Source: Marsupella aquatica
Taxonomy: Eukaryota; Plantae; Marchantiophyta
Length of the DNA: 64,000 nt
Reading direction: 5' to 3'
Assembly (NCBI GenBank): GCA_973895155.1
Contig: OZ316891.1
Span: 31,689,112-31,753,111 of the forward strand
The notes under the pieces were generated by a model. The model made no database searches. It saw only the letters and a program-made list of their open reading frames with translations, and had not been told where the DNA came from. The position numbers and the translations under genes were made by a program. Below are positions 40,091 through 50,780 of the stretch, one piece after another. Each line of letters starts with the position of its first letter. The first letter of the stretch is position 1.

Positions 40091-41803
40091 TCAAATGCGT
40101 GCACGTCCACCCGGGGAGGAGCCATTGCCATCCCTAGCAGTGATAAGGCCTTGACGGTGACGCGGAGTATCCACAATAGTATCCTCCATCATTGTATCAT
40201 TCAGGCCTGTCAAGAGTGGGAGCTGGCCACCAGAGGGGACGGCCCTCCATCCAGGGGACCGCTCAGCCTCCATTCTGCTATCCTCTCCATCCATTCCTAT
40301 CCCTGCATCCGACACAATTGTGGGTGAGAAATGTAAGGAACGTTGCTTTTTAGAGTCCTGAGTGCTCCTGTCCTTCTTTGCAGGAGGCGGCGTCCGAGTA
40401 TCCAGCTTCTGAACTCTCTCTTTCCCTTTACCAGAGACATACTCCTCGTATTCGGACATCTCTAAGTCCACATCAGAATCTCCGTGATATGAAAACGCCT
40501 CGGGGTCTACATTCTGTGAGTGCACAACCAAGGTTCCAGGTGCTATCAGAGGCGAGCTGACATCTCCAGACATAACAAAGATACTTGCGTTGGCCAAAAG
40601 CTTAGTAACTGCCGGGGCAGGCGAGGATATCAGGTTCCCTTGTTCTTTAGTGGGCAGGGTGATCAAATCTTTCTGAGGGATGGAAATTCCTCCCGCAAGA
40701 GCCACACATTCCCGTGGAATGCCACTAGTCAGAATTGGTATCACTTCAGGCACATCCTCAATGTGTTCCAATAAGGACTCCACCGTGTTGAGGTCAGTTG
40801 CCACCGATGGGCCGCCAGTGCAAGGCAAATGCTTGTCTCTACCCCTGGCGCGCAGATTCGACGCCAATTGTGTCCTCAGTACCTCATCGGGGTCCCCTTC
40901 AGCCACCCCATCAAGTTCCTCAGGTGTGTGAGCGTCCTCCTCCCCTTCAATGTGCTCAGCAGACGTGTTGGCCGCCTCTTCGAAGCCATCTATGCATTCT
41001 CTAGCTAAGTGTCCCTTCTTATTACATTTAAAGCAGTGAAATGGTATATTCTTGAATTGAATAGGTTGCCAGATGATAATATCCTCTCGGATCCTCACAC
41101 GAGCGCTGAAAGGAACCTCCCGTTCCGTATCCCAAAGGATACAAGCTCTGTCATGCGGGTATGAGCTGTATTCATCCCCCTGGATGTAGTGCAGCAGCTT
41201 GCCTAGTGATTCCGCGATCTTAATCCGGCACCCTTCCAACACCAGTGCCCGAAAAGGAAGCTCAATCCAGACTGGTAGTTTGGTATATTTCTCTGTTCGA
41301 ATATCAAATGTGGGGTCCCATGGGAATGTAAAGATTAGTTTGCATTCATTGAACCATGGAGCAGCAGACAGAGCAAGATCCCGATGATCAGCACTCGCAA
41401 AGACTACCAGGTAAAAGTTCTTACCAACGAATTTGACCTGCAGCACCGGCCAGCCTCGCCCACATACCATTTGCTCATCTATCCAAGCTCGAAAAGTGGG
41501 AAGCATCGGAGGTCTATCAGTGAAATAACAAAGTAGAGCACAATTGTACAATTGTCGAACATTGTTGGCTGCTTCTTCCAATGGCCATTCCACTATAGTA
41601 AAGAGTTTCTGGTGCCAGTCACCCTTTGTGACTTCTCCAATCTCTTTTAGTATGTTAATGCAATCCTCGGTAACAACAGCCGGTTCTATCTCTAATCCAA
41701 AAGCAGCATTCTTCCAAGTGGCAGACTTCTCCTGAACATGAGTCGGAGTACGGCCAAGCATTGTGTCCTGTGCCACCGGAGTCCTTTGGGGAGCATGAGG
41801 CAT
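40091..41803 (-). CDS. LINE ORF1 (DUF4283-like domain plus CCHC zinc knuckle)
   Basis: FYLVVF...APW...FPWDPTF...LPVWIELP and CFKCNKKGHLAREC, directly upstream of ORF2. Confidence 0.85.
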   Translation of the reverse strand: MPHAPQRTPVAQDTMLGRTPTHVQEKSATWKNAAFGLEIEPAVVTEDCINILKEIGEVTKGDWHQKLFTIVEWPLEEAANNVRQLYNCALLCYFTDRPPMLPTFRAWIDEQMVCGRGWPVLQVKFVGKNFYLVVFASADHRDLALSAAPWFNECKLIFTFPWDPTFDIRTEKYTKLPVWIELPFRALVLEGCRIKIAESLGKLLHYIQGDEYSSYPHDRACILWDTEREVPFSARVRIREDIIIWQPIQFKNIPFHCFKCNKKGHLARECIDGFEEAANTSAEHIEGEEDAHTPEELDGVAEGDPDEVLRTQLASNLRARGRDKHLPCTGGPSVATDLNTVESLLEHIEDVPEVIPILTSGIPRECVALAGGISIPQKDLITLPTKEQGNLISSPAPAVTKLLANASIFVMSGDVSSPLIAPGTLVVHSQNVDPEAFSYHGDSDVDLEMSEYEEYVSGKGKERVQKLDTRTPPPAKKDRSTQDSKKQRSLHFSPTIVSDAGIGMDGEDSRMEAERSPGWRAVPSGGQLPLLTGLNDTMMEDTIVDTPRHRQGLITARDGNGSSPGGRARI

Positions 41804-43564
41804 TTCAGCATCCCTGGGGGTGCTAGACGTGGTTGGCTGTGCATTTTCCTTGTTCTCAATTCCCTCCGCAGGGTGTGCACGCTGCAGATCCTTGGTGGAG
41901 TTGTATCCTCCTGACTGATCCGCAAAGAGATCATAAGTTGGCTGAGCAACGAACGGGAGGCGCCCTGACCTAGCAGAGAAAGGTCCACGTCCACCTCCGC
42001 GAAGTGGCGAACTCCGAGAATCCTATCTACTGAATTGCTCATGTCCATAGAAATCATGCCCCTGGAACTCCTGATAAGGTCGAGCCCCATGATAGCCAGC
42101 AGCACGAGAGGAATTCTCACCCTCCCATCCACCCGTTCTGCCATACTCCATGGTGAGTCCACCCAAAGCAAAGAGCAGCGATGCAAAAGAATGTGAGCTT
42201 GGATCTCGGTCTCACCTTGTTTGGATTGTTGTGTGGGTGTCATTCAAGTGTGTCTATCCAGCCCTTCTTCGAACACAGCCGACCTTGGGCACGTATTGCT
42301 CCTTATCCAAGTGCGTTGATAAGTATTGTTGCAAATACTTAATGTCGTTGCAGTTCAATCTTATCCTAGCTAGATAATCCGAGGTTCCCCAGGCCCCCAG
42401 CTCAATAATCTTTGAGCAAAGGGTTGAAGTTCATCCGGCGTTCAGCAAGGCTTGATCGTGCAGGCATTTAGCTAGCAGAGGAGTCCAATGCACCTTCAGC
42501 TAGTTGCACCGCAGCGGCCCCGCATCCAGCGTCGTGTCGTCAAAAGAAGTCCCGAGTAACCGGCAGCGGCAGATTCAAGCCTTCCAATACTACGCCCTCA
42601 AGAGACAGTCAATGGGAGCATGGCAAATTCCACTTCAGAGTGTCACCGTACCATCTCGCTTTGCCTTGTAGAAATTATCTTGAACCATCTAGGACAGAGA
42701 TGGAGTGCTCCACCACGATCCCAGTGGGGCACAGAGCGTACTCCCCTGTGATCCTGGTGTAGTACCCCACAAAACGCTCCACGATTCCGTAAGCCTCCAG
42801 TTTACATCCGAGGTAGCTAATAAACAATTTGCGCTTCCAACTTAGACCATCGCATCAGAGTTCACCTGTGAATGTTCGGAGGCCCCAAAGCTTAACGGGG
42901 CCAAGCACAATCTAGACCTAGCCAGTAGCTCAGACCTCAACCTCCCAGCGATCAGTCGATGGCAGGCCCCGCAGTCCAATGCTCACCTTGTGTAATCCCT
43001 CCGATTGTCAACTGTTGGGCAGAATGCTGTAGCGCACTGACCTTTGTATTGCCACTCAGAGGTCTTCCCAACTCAAGGTAGTAATGCGCAATGCTGCCGC
43101 TCGCCGTCTATTATGCAGTGTGCAATTCAGCTTACGGCCTGTCAATACAGGCTTAGCTCATACCAGAAATCTTTCTTCCCTGTCCAGCACCGCCCATAAT
43201 TCTCCTGCTACCCTGTTTCAATTTAATCAATGTAGACAACTCTCTCCACGCTGCAGCCTTACCTATTCACGTCCTTAGCTCCAATTCTCAATCATTTCCC
43301 ATGAGAACTCCCTTGTCTTTGTTAACTTCCCTTGCCTATCAAACAAATGCGAATTCTCGCATCCACCCTTCCTTGTCCCAATCCCACTTGTAGCGAAATC
43401 CACTCAACGCACACCCTCTTAAGGATCACCGCGGCCCAAGTCCAAAAATTCCGCGTCACTTGGCCCCGCAAATCTCAAATGATCTCCCCCGACGCACACT
43501 TCCTCAAAGCAAAATTCAATCCCTAATATTGGTTAGCGAGTAACTCAAACTTCCGATAACCAAA

Positions 43565-45953
43565 TGTGACGCCAATGACATGGTCCTTATTTTGTAATCT
43601 GATTAAGTAGGTTGCTGTATGCAAGGAGTAGCTATTGATATTGCATAACAATTAGCAAGATGGCAAGAATAAGGGCAATCATGGCGTTAAGAGTAGGGAA
43701 ATAAAAGCTATGTCGCAGGTGGTCGGCGACCATATCTCTTTCAATATGTCACCAAATCCGGATCTGTAAAGAGCATTGGAAAGATCTGGTCAAGGCGAGT
43801 AAAATCGATATAAAACACTCGGGAAACGGAGGTGTATTAAGAAAGATACGGCCTAATTAGTGTGATGGGTTAACTTGTGGCCGGAATTAGCGGATTCGAC
43901 TTCAGTTTCGGGTTAACCCAAGCTCGACCACGGCTTAGCTTATGTGAGCACGGCTTCAGCTTCAGCTTAGCTCAGGTAAGCACGGCTTCAGCTTAGGCTT
44001 AACCCGGGTTCGGATTAGATTGATCCCGGGTTAGACTTAACTCGGGTTAGCCTAAACTCGGGCTCAGGTTAGCATAGGTAAGCTCGGGTTCGGGCTCAGC
44101 TTAGGCTAGGATAGCGGATAGCGGATAGCGGGTAGCGGCCTAACCCGAGACCACGGGTTAGCTCTACTCGGGTTAGATAGGATAGCTAGGTTAGCCGAAC
44201 TCGGGTTAGCTATGTAACTCGGGTTAGCGCAACAGTGAGTACCCCCTCTCGGTTACGGGGGCATAACTCTCTGTGTATTTGACCAAATCGGCTATAATTG
44301 ACCTCGTTGGAAAGAGGAGCTCAAGCCGCTTCCAACGCTGTTATCCACGCAGCAAATGGTTGAATACAGAAATCGGGAGAGGAGGCGTAAGCTCGCGAAA
44401 ACCATGGAGGAGGGCCGAATCCGAAGTACATAGCCAATTCGAGATAGAAATAAAGTTGCGAGCTAGGGTTCAGTAGTTAGAGATAGTGGCGGCTCTGTTA
44501 GGGCTGGGATGGGGCTCCAGCAGCGTAGCATCCACCCATTTGGGCTCAATGAGAGAGTATATAGAGCAGCCCTCCGGTAGAGGCAACGGGGGGGGGAACT
44601 TCAGTTGTGTGATCTCACTTAGACTGAGCAGCAGGGAGGAGCTTTGTGCAAGCAAGGCTGGACTTGGACGCTGCGTGTTGGGGAGAGCTTGGTTGTGCTA
44701 TTACTCAGGGAGTAATCAGCCAAGCTTCACAGCAACGGGTTGCTAGGTTTGCGAGCTGGATTGTGGCTCTTTCTAGTGGGCAACACAACTGGGTTCTTTT
44801 CCCCCGATACAGAGCCTTGGTGAAGGTGATGTGTTGGTGATTGTAAACTGTGGGGAGGATTTCAATGCGATTTGCGGTGGGCACATTAGGGAGGCTGAGG
44901 TACTGATTTAGGGGCAGCAGGAGGAGCATTTACAGTTCAGTCTGGCAAGGCTACGTGATCCATGGGGAGTCCCGGCCTTTGTCTGGTGGAGAGCACTAAG
45001 GGATCTATGGCCAGAGCTGAGCTTGCAGGGCAAGCATGAGGCCGGGCCTCATTGTAGTCTGGGGTAGATCGCCGTTAGGCCTGGTACCAGCTTTGAAGTC
45101 GAGTCAACTGTGCATGCGTACTTGACATTCTGAAATGGAGGTGTGAGATCTGTACGTGCCCCCAAGAATGAAGTGCAGTGAAAGAGGTTGAGTTCAGGAT
45201 TGAGTTTGCAAGGCAAGTACGGGATTGGTTCGAGTCCAATCTGCCATCGCAATCTGGAGTGAGTCGGGCTCAGGTTCAGGATTGAGCTTGCATGGCAAGC
45301 ACGTCGCAATCTGGAGGAGACAGCCTTCGGGCCTAGTGTTCGGATCAAGTGTTCTCAGTGAACTATTGTGCACATCTTTGAATCCAATTGAGTTTTCCTT
45401 TCAGGCCTCATTTCTCTCATGGATGTGTGTGTGTGTGAGGCAATCTGAGTGTATGATGAGACTAGCAGCGCCACTAAGAGGTGTACCGGGTGCATTGAAG
45501 TGGGTTGGGTGAGGGCTGTCACAGCTCTGATTGCTGAGAGTTGAATGGCAGAGTGGTGGGGCAATGGCTTAGAAGTCCCTAAGCCGGGAATCAGTCAGGA
45601 GTCACTGGTTTATGGGTACATTCCGGCGGCGGAATAGAAACATACCTATGACAGTAAGCATACGTATAGACCTATGCGCACCATAGCGCTAGGCCCTGTG
45701 TGTACGGGCCCGATATGAAGACCCCTTCTCACCAGAACTATCATGAGCGCAGATCTGATCCCCAACCTTGGTTCCTTGGGATTGAGCTTGGGTGATGTGT
45801 GATAGAGCTTTGCTATGATAGTCTGGTGTTAAGGGCATAAATTGGTGTTTACCAGCCTTCACAACATCCCTTCGTGATCCTCAGGTACAAGGAGATGGTT
45901 TTGGCACCCATAGTGACGTCTTTGGTGTTAAGACCCATGTCAATCGCGTGACA
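43565..45953 (+). mobile_element. Solo LTR (family C), 2.39 kb, with ~19-bp imperfect terminal inverted repeats
   Basis: Starts TGTGACGCCAATGACATGG and ends CCATGTCAATCGCGTGACA. Host LTR sequence resumes exactly at 45954. Shares the 3' hairpin motif with families A and B. The flanks (CCAAA / ATTAC) do not form a TSD. Confidence 0.8.
43895..44260. repeat. Palindrome-rich short-repeat tract (CTCGGGTTAG / AACCCG(A/G)G / GCTTAGC / GCGGATA units)
   Basis: Read directly inside the solo LTR. Confidence 0.8.
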
Positions 45954-47399
45954 ATTACCTACTGCTCCTCCTTTAAGATCTTCTTCAATTGGTTGAGGAG
46001 GGACCCGTTGTAGTCCCGGGTTGGGTCTGGCCTCTCCGCCAGATAGACCTGTGCCTTGCCGATCTCTGCCCTCGGCAAGTTACAATGCATGGTCACCCGC
46101 AAGAAGTCGATCATCTCTCCTATGTGCGGGTTGGTGCAGGTGTTTCGGAAGAAGCCATTCTTCGTTGATGGCCCGGGGAACGACCGGAACTCCTTGTCAG
46201 GCAAGGTCTTCCTGGTATCGACTTTGGTCTTATTGCCTATCGGCAAGCCAAACACTTCGGCAATCACCTTGGGAGTAAGATAGAAATCCTTCCCATATAT
46301 CCTCGTGGAATTGGTCTCGGGTTCCCATGACCCCACGAACTCTAATAGGTCTGAATCCGGCACCTCCGGCTTCAACCATGGTAATCTTACAAAGGCCTCC
46401 AAGCTAGATCCGGCCATGAAGCCTTGGTACTTCTTGGTCTGCATGGCCGTAAAGCATGCATCCTCCTCTCGTGCAAAATGTAGCTGCACCTCCTCCGGTA
46501 GGGTTGCCGCCCAGCCTTTCCAGGTGTCATCCCTGGTTGGAATGGCATTGATGGGATCGACCTCCTCCTCCTCGGCTTCTTCCTGCCTCTTGCTCTGCTG
46601 CTCGGCTGGCTTCTTTGGTGCCGCCAACCTCGTTCTTTTTGCCGGGGTGGCTCCTTCGTTGACGGCTCCCTTCCTCTTCATCTCGGCTGCCGTGGATGTT
46701 TCTCCTAGCACCGTTGCCTGGGTCCACCTCTCCGTGCTACCCTTCAACTCCCAGTGGATGTCGTTGCAGTTCTTGATGGCCTCCCGTATGCCAACGATTC
46801 TGTCTTTGCAAAACAGAAGTTCGTCGAGCTGATTGGAAGTAGGAGTCCACAAGAACTCGGCCTTGATGAGTTCGCCTCCTAAGAAAGCCGTCTTCTGCAG
46901 CTCCCACAATCGAGCAAGCTCCTGTCATTCTCGAGCTGCCCTTTCTGATTCTTCATCCTCGTAAGTCTTGATGTACTCAGTTGCACGTTCGAACAGGCAT
47001 CCCCAGAAATGTGCCGCTTGATTGACGTTGCTCATACCCTCCTTAGGTCGATCGTCGGTATCTGCTCTCTCCCCGAGTGCTTGCCTAAGCAGCTGACAAT
47101 AGTTGGCCTCCTGTAGTCGTCTGCTAAGTTCATGCTCGCAAATGAGCCACCATTCCCTGCAAGCGCTCCTTACCCCTCTCCTCCTCTGGTCCTTCCTTCC
47201 GTTGATCCTTCCTAGCCACCGATGCTTAGCGCGCCCTAACCCTAATCGTGTTTTCACCCCCAGCGTCCTTACCTCCAGCCTCGGCCTGTGTTCCATAGTC
47301 GCCCTTAATTGTTTATATTTTCCTTGTTTTGTCCCTAGACTAAGGTGTTTCTTGGGTGCATTCCAGCTTTACCCACTTAACTGGCCGAGTGATTCCTAG

Positions 47400-50300
47400 C
47401 TAGGCATGACATAGCTCCCCACTTAATTGTGAAGCGTCCTCGCGAACAACTTCATCTTCGTCCATATAGTATTTCTTGAGGCTGTCATAATGGATGCGGA
47501 CTGGGTACACCTCACCCGTAATGTTGGCCAATTGGACGGAGCCATTGGAGAACTTCATGGTTACTCTAAAGGGTCCTAACCAGCGAGTGTAAAGCTTACC
47601 TGGAAACTTACTATACCTACTATCATAAAGTAATACAAGGTCACCGGTGTGAATACTAACTGGTTTCAACTTTTTATCATACTGCTGCTTCATGGTTTTT
47701 TGTCTATATTCTATTCTCTCAGCTGAAATTATTCTTGCCTCTTCTAAAGCTTCTAACCTATATTCTCGCTCCCTTAGGCTCTCCTCCGCTGAGGCTCTCC
47801 CCTCAATTGTAACTTGAAATGTAGGGATCTCAAGTTGCATGGGTACCAGGGCTTCTTGTCCAAAGGTTAAGAAGAAGGGTGTATGACCGGTAGTGGTTTT
47901 ATAGGCTAAATTATAAGCAAAAACAGCAGCAAACAATTTATCATCCCAATCGAGTTTGTTCTGAGCTACCGTCTTGTTTAATATCTTTCCTATAATTCCG
48001 TTTGCTCGTTCAGTCAACCCATTCACCTTTGGATGGTAGGGAGTAGTAGGCCTATGTCTAACTAAATACTGCTCATTTAAACGACTAATTATATCATTCA
48101 GAAAATGGGTTCCTCTATCACTAACTAATTCTAGGGGTGCACCATACCTGGTGAAGATCTGCTCATACATGAATCTAGCCGTAGTAATTGCATCATCCTT
48201 CGTGGTCGGCCTGGCCTCTACCCATTTAGTTGCATAATCCGTAGCCAGGATTATGTACTTGTTTCGTCGAGGGTGGGTCAGTGGTTTCAGGGGTCCGATG
48301 TAATCAATACCCCATTTCTCGAATGGTGCCAGAGGTAGAATAGGGTGTAATGGATGTCTGGTGGACGCCCTTGGTCCTCCCGCTCGTTGACAAGGATCGC
48401 ATTGTTTGATAAACTGATAGACATCCTTGTGCAAGGTGGGCCACCAATAACCGGCATTTAATATCTTTTTAGACGTGGTTACTGGGGAAAAATGTCCTCC
48501 GGCCTCCTCTCCATGCATGGCCCGTAGGACTCATTTTACTTCTCCCTTTTCCAAACACCTTTGAATCATGCCGTTGATTCCATGCTTGTGCAGTATGCCT
48601 TTAATGCACTGATACTGTCTGACCTTCCGTAAAAAGACTGCGGCTTGTTCTCGGCTTAATCCTGGCTGTAATCTGGAAGTGCTGAGAAAATGTAAAATCT
48701 CCGGGTACCATGTATCAGTTATTTCCACAACAAATAGTTCCTCGTCGGGGAATCAATCATCGATGCAATCTGTGGCAGGTTCACCTGTGATTCTTGAAAA
48801 GAAGTCGGCATTGGCGTGCAGCTTTCCCGGCTTGATCCTCAGCTCATAGTCAAACTCCTGTAATAGCAAAATCCATCTTGCTACTCTGCCTGTAAGGTCC
48901 GGCTTATTGACTAGGTACTTCAAACTTTCATGATCGGTATGAAAGATTACCTTGTACCCTAGTAAATAATGCCTAAACTTTTTACAGGAATAAATGACTC
49001 CTAATGCTTCCCTCTTTGTGGTGGAGTAGTTCCGTTCGGCATCGGCAAGCTGACGGCTTGCGAAGTATATGGGATGGTCCCTTCCTTTCTCATCCAACTG
49101 ACTTAGTACTGAGCCGATACAGAAGCCTGAGACATCTACAAAGACATGAAAATCTTTGTTCCAGTCTGGTGCTATCATGACTGGAGCCTCAGATACTAAC
49201 ATCTGCTTCAATTCCACCACCGCTGTTACTCGTTCGGGTGTGGGTTCAAAGTCTGCTCCTGCCTTGAGCATGTTGGTTAATGGTAAAGCTAGCTTGGCAA
49301 AATCCTTGATGAACCGGCGATAGTAACCAATGCATCCCAAGAAGGATCTTACATCCTTTATGTTCTTAGGTTGCATGATATCTAGCCATACGGCTAGCTT
49401 ACCCTTGTCAATCTCAATGCCCTTCTTTGATACCTTGTGACCTAGGAGCACCCCCTCGGTTACTGCAAAGAAACACTTATCTGGGTGTAACTTGAGACCT
49501 ACCTCTCTGCATCTCATGAAGGTTTTCCTGAGGTATTTAGCATGTTTCGATGCCTTCCCGAATACTGCAAAGTCATCAATGAAGATTTCCATGAACTTTC
49601 TCAAGTAATCATGGAAAATGTCCACCATCAATCGTTGGAACATAGCTGGTGCGTTGCAGAGTCCAAACGGCATACGATTGAAGACATAGATCCCCCATTC
49701 CGTGATGAAGGCCGTCTTGATTTGGTCTTCCTGCCTAATCCTGATTTGGTTATAGCCAGAATACCCATCCATGAATGAATATAGTTCATGACTGGCTACC
49801 ATGTCTAGTACCATATCAGTAAAGGGTAAGGGAAAATGGTCTTTTAACATTGCTTCATTCAGCTTCCTATAATCTTGACAAACCCGGATCTTTGGTTTAC
49901 CATCAGGTCCAGCTTTCTTGGGAACAATCACAATTGGAGACACCCAGTCTGAATGCAGGGCTGGAGTGATGAATCCGGCTTCCACTAGTTTGTCGATTTC
50001 CGTTTTGACCAGCAGGGAATACTTCGGGTTCATCCTTCGAATTGGTTGTCGAAATGATTTGGCCCCTAACATGAGATCGATTCGGTGTTCTCCTAGTTTT
50101 GGGTCTACTCCCTTCAGATCTTGGTGACTCCATGCAAACACATCCTAAAATTCAATCAGTAAGTCACTGATCTCTTTCTCGAGTTCAGGCGCTAGGTCCC
50201 TCCCTAAGTTCAGTTCCCTTCCCTCTCCTAAGTCGAGCTTCCGATATTGCCGTGCTTGGATCATATTAATCTGCTTCTTCAAATTCGGGTCCAGCTCGGC

Positions 50301-50780
50301 TTCCAGTCGCATACCTCCATAAACTGGAATCTCGGTTGTACTAGCCGAGTCGGTTTCTCCCTTCGTATCCACAGATTGTCCCCTTGCCGGTCTACTCGAT
50401 TTTGAATTATTTGTCGGCTTCGCTTCCTGACTCGGCTCTGGATTCTGTCTGTGTATCTCATCCACCTCTTGCTCTTGAGGGTTTGGTCGCTGCGCTCTCC
50501 CGGCTTCTAATAGGGCCTCAATTTGTTCTGCCCTTGTAATCGGCTTGTATGCCGATCCCTTGGTATTTAATTCCTTGCCGATGATCGATGGCGTTGTGGA
50601 TCCTGTCGGCTCTGCCACAACGCTTGCAGAAAATCCAGTCCCTGCTACTGCTCCCCACTTAGCCGTTTCATCCGATGGGTCTACCTCCTTTACTTCCTCC
50701 GGAATTGCAGCTAAAAAGGTGGATTCTATTGTAAAGCAGTCCTCGACCTCTTCATCTTCTTCTTCCAAGTTACCTCCCAT
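47400..50780 (-). pseudogene. pol: RT-RNase H-integrase, one frame with nonsense codons at 50145, 48753 and 48531
   Basis: RVCQDYRKLN, MDGYSGYNQI, MPFGLCNAP, FIDD (RT); VDVSG, YFASRQL, TDHESL (RNase H); HHCC, WGIDYIG, VSDRGTHF, NGLTERAN and WLGPF (integrase). The integrase stop lies inside the LTR start. Confidence 0.95.
47412..47424 (-). other. Polypurine tract
   Basis: Minus strand AAGTGGGGAGCTA immediately precedes TGTCATGCC at the LTR start. Confidence 0.75.

Larger units (their letters stand above)
35765..43564 (-). mobile_element. L1/Tx1-clade LINE nested in the 3' LTR
   Basis: ORF1 and ORF2 (listed below). A-rich 3' end on the minus strand (GTAATAAAAGAAAACAAA) at the LTR junction. 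The 5' limit is uncertain, between ~42300 and 43564. Confidence 0.88.
33765..47411 (-). repeat. 3' LTR of family A, interrupted (33765-~35763 and 45954-47411)
   Basis: 33765-35763 matches 53627-~55640 and 45954-47411 matches 56847-58304. The ~1.2 kb equivalent to 55640-56846 is missing and replaced by a LINE and a solo LTR. Confidence 0.92.
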
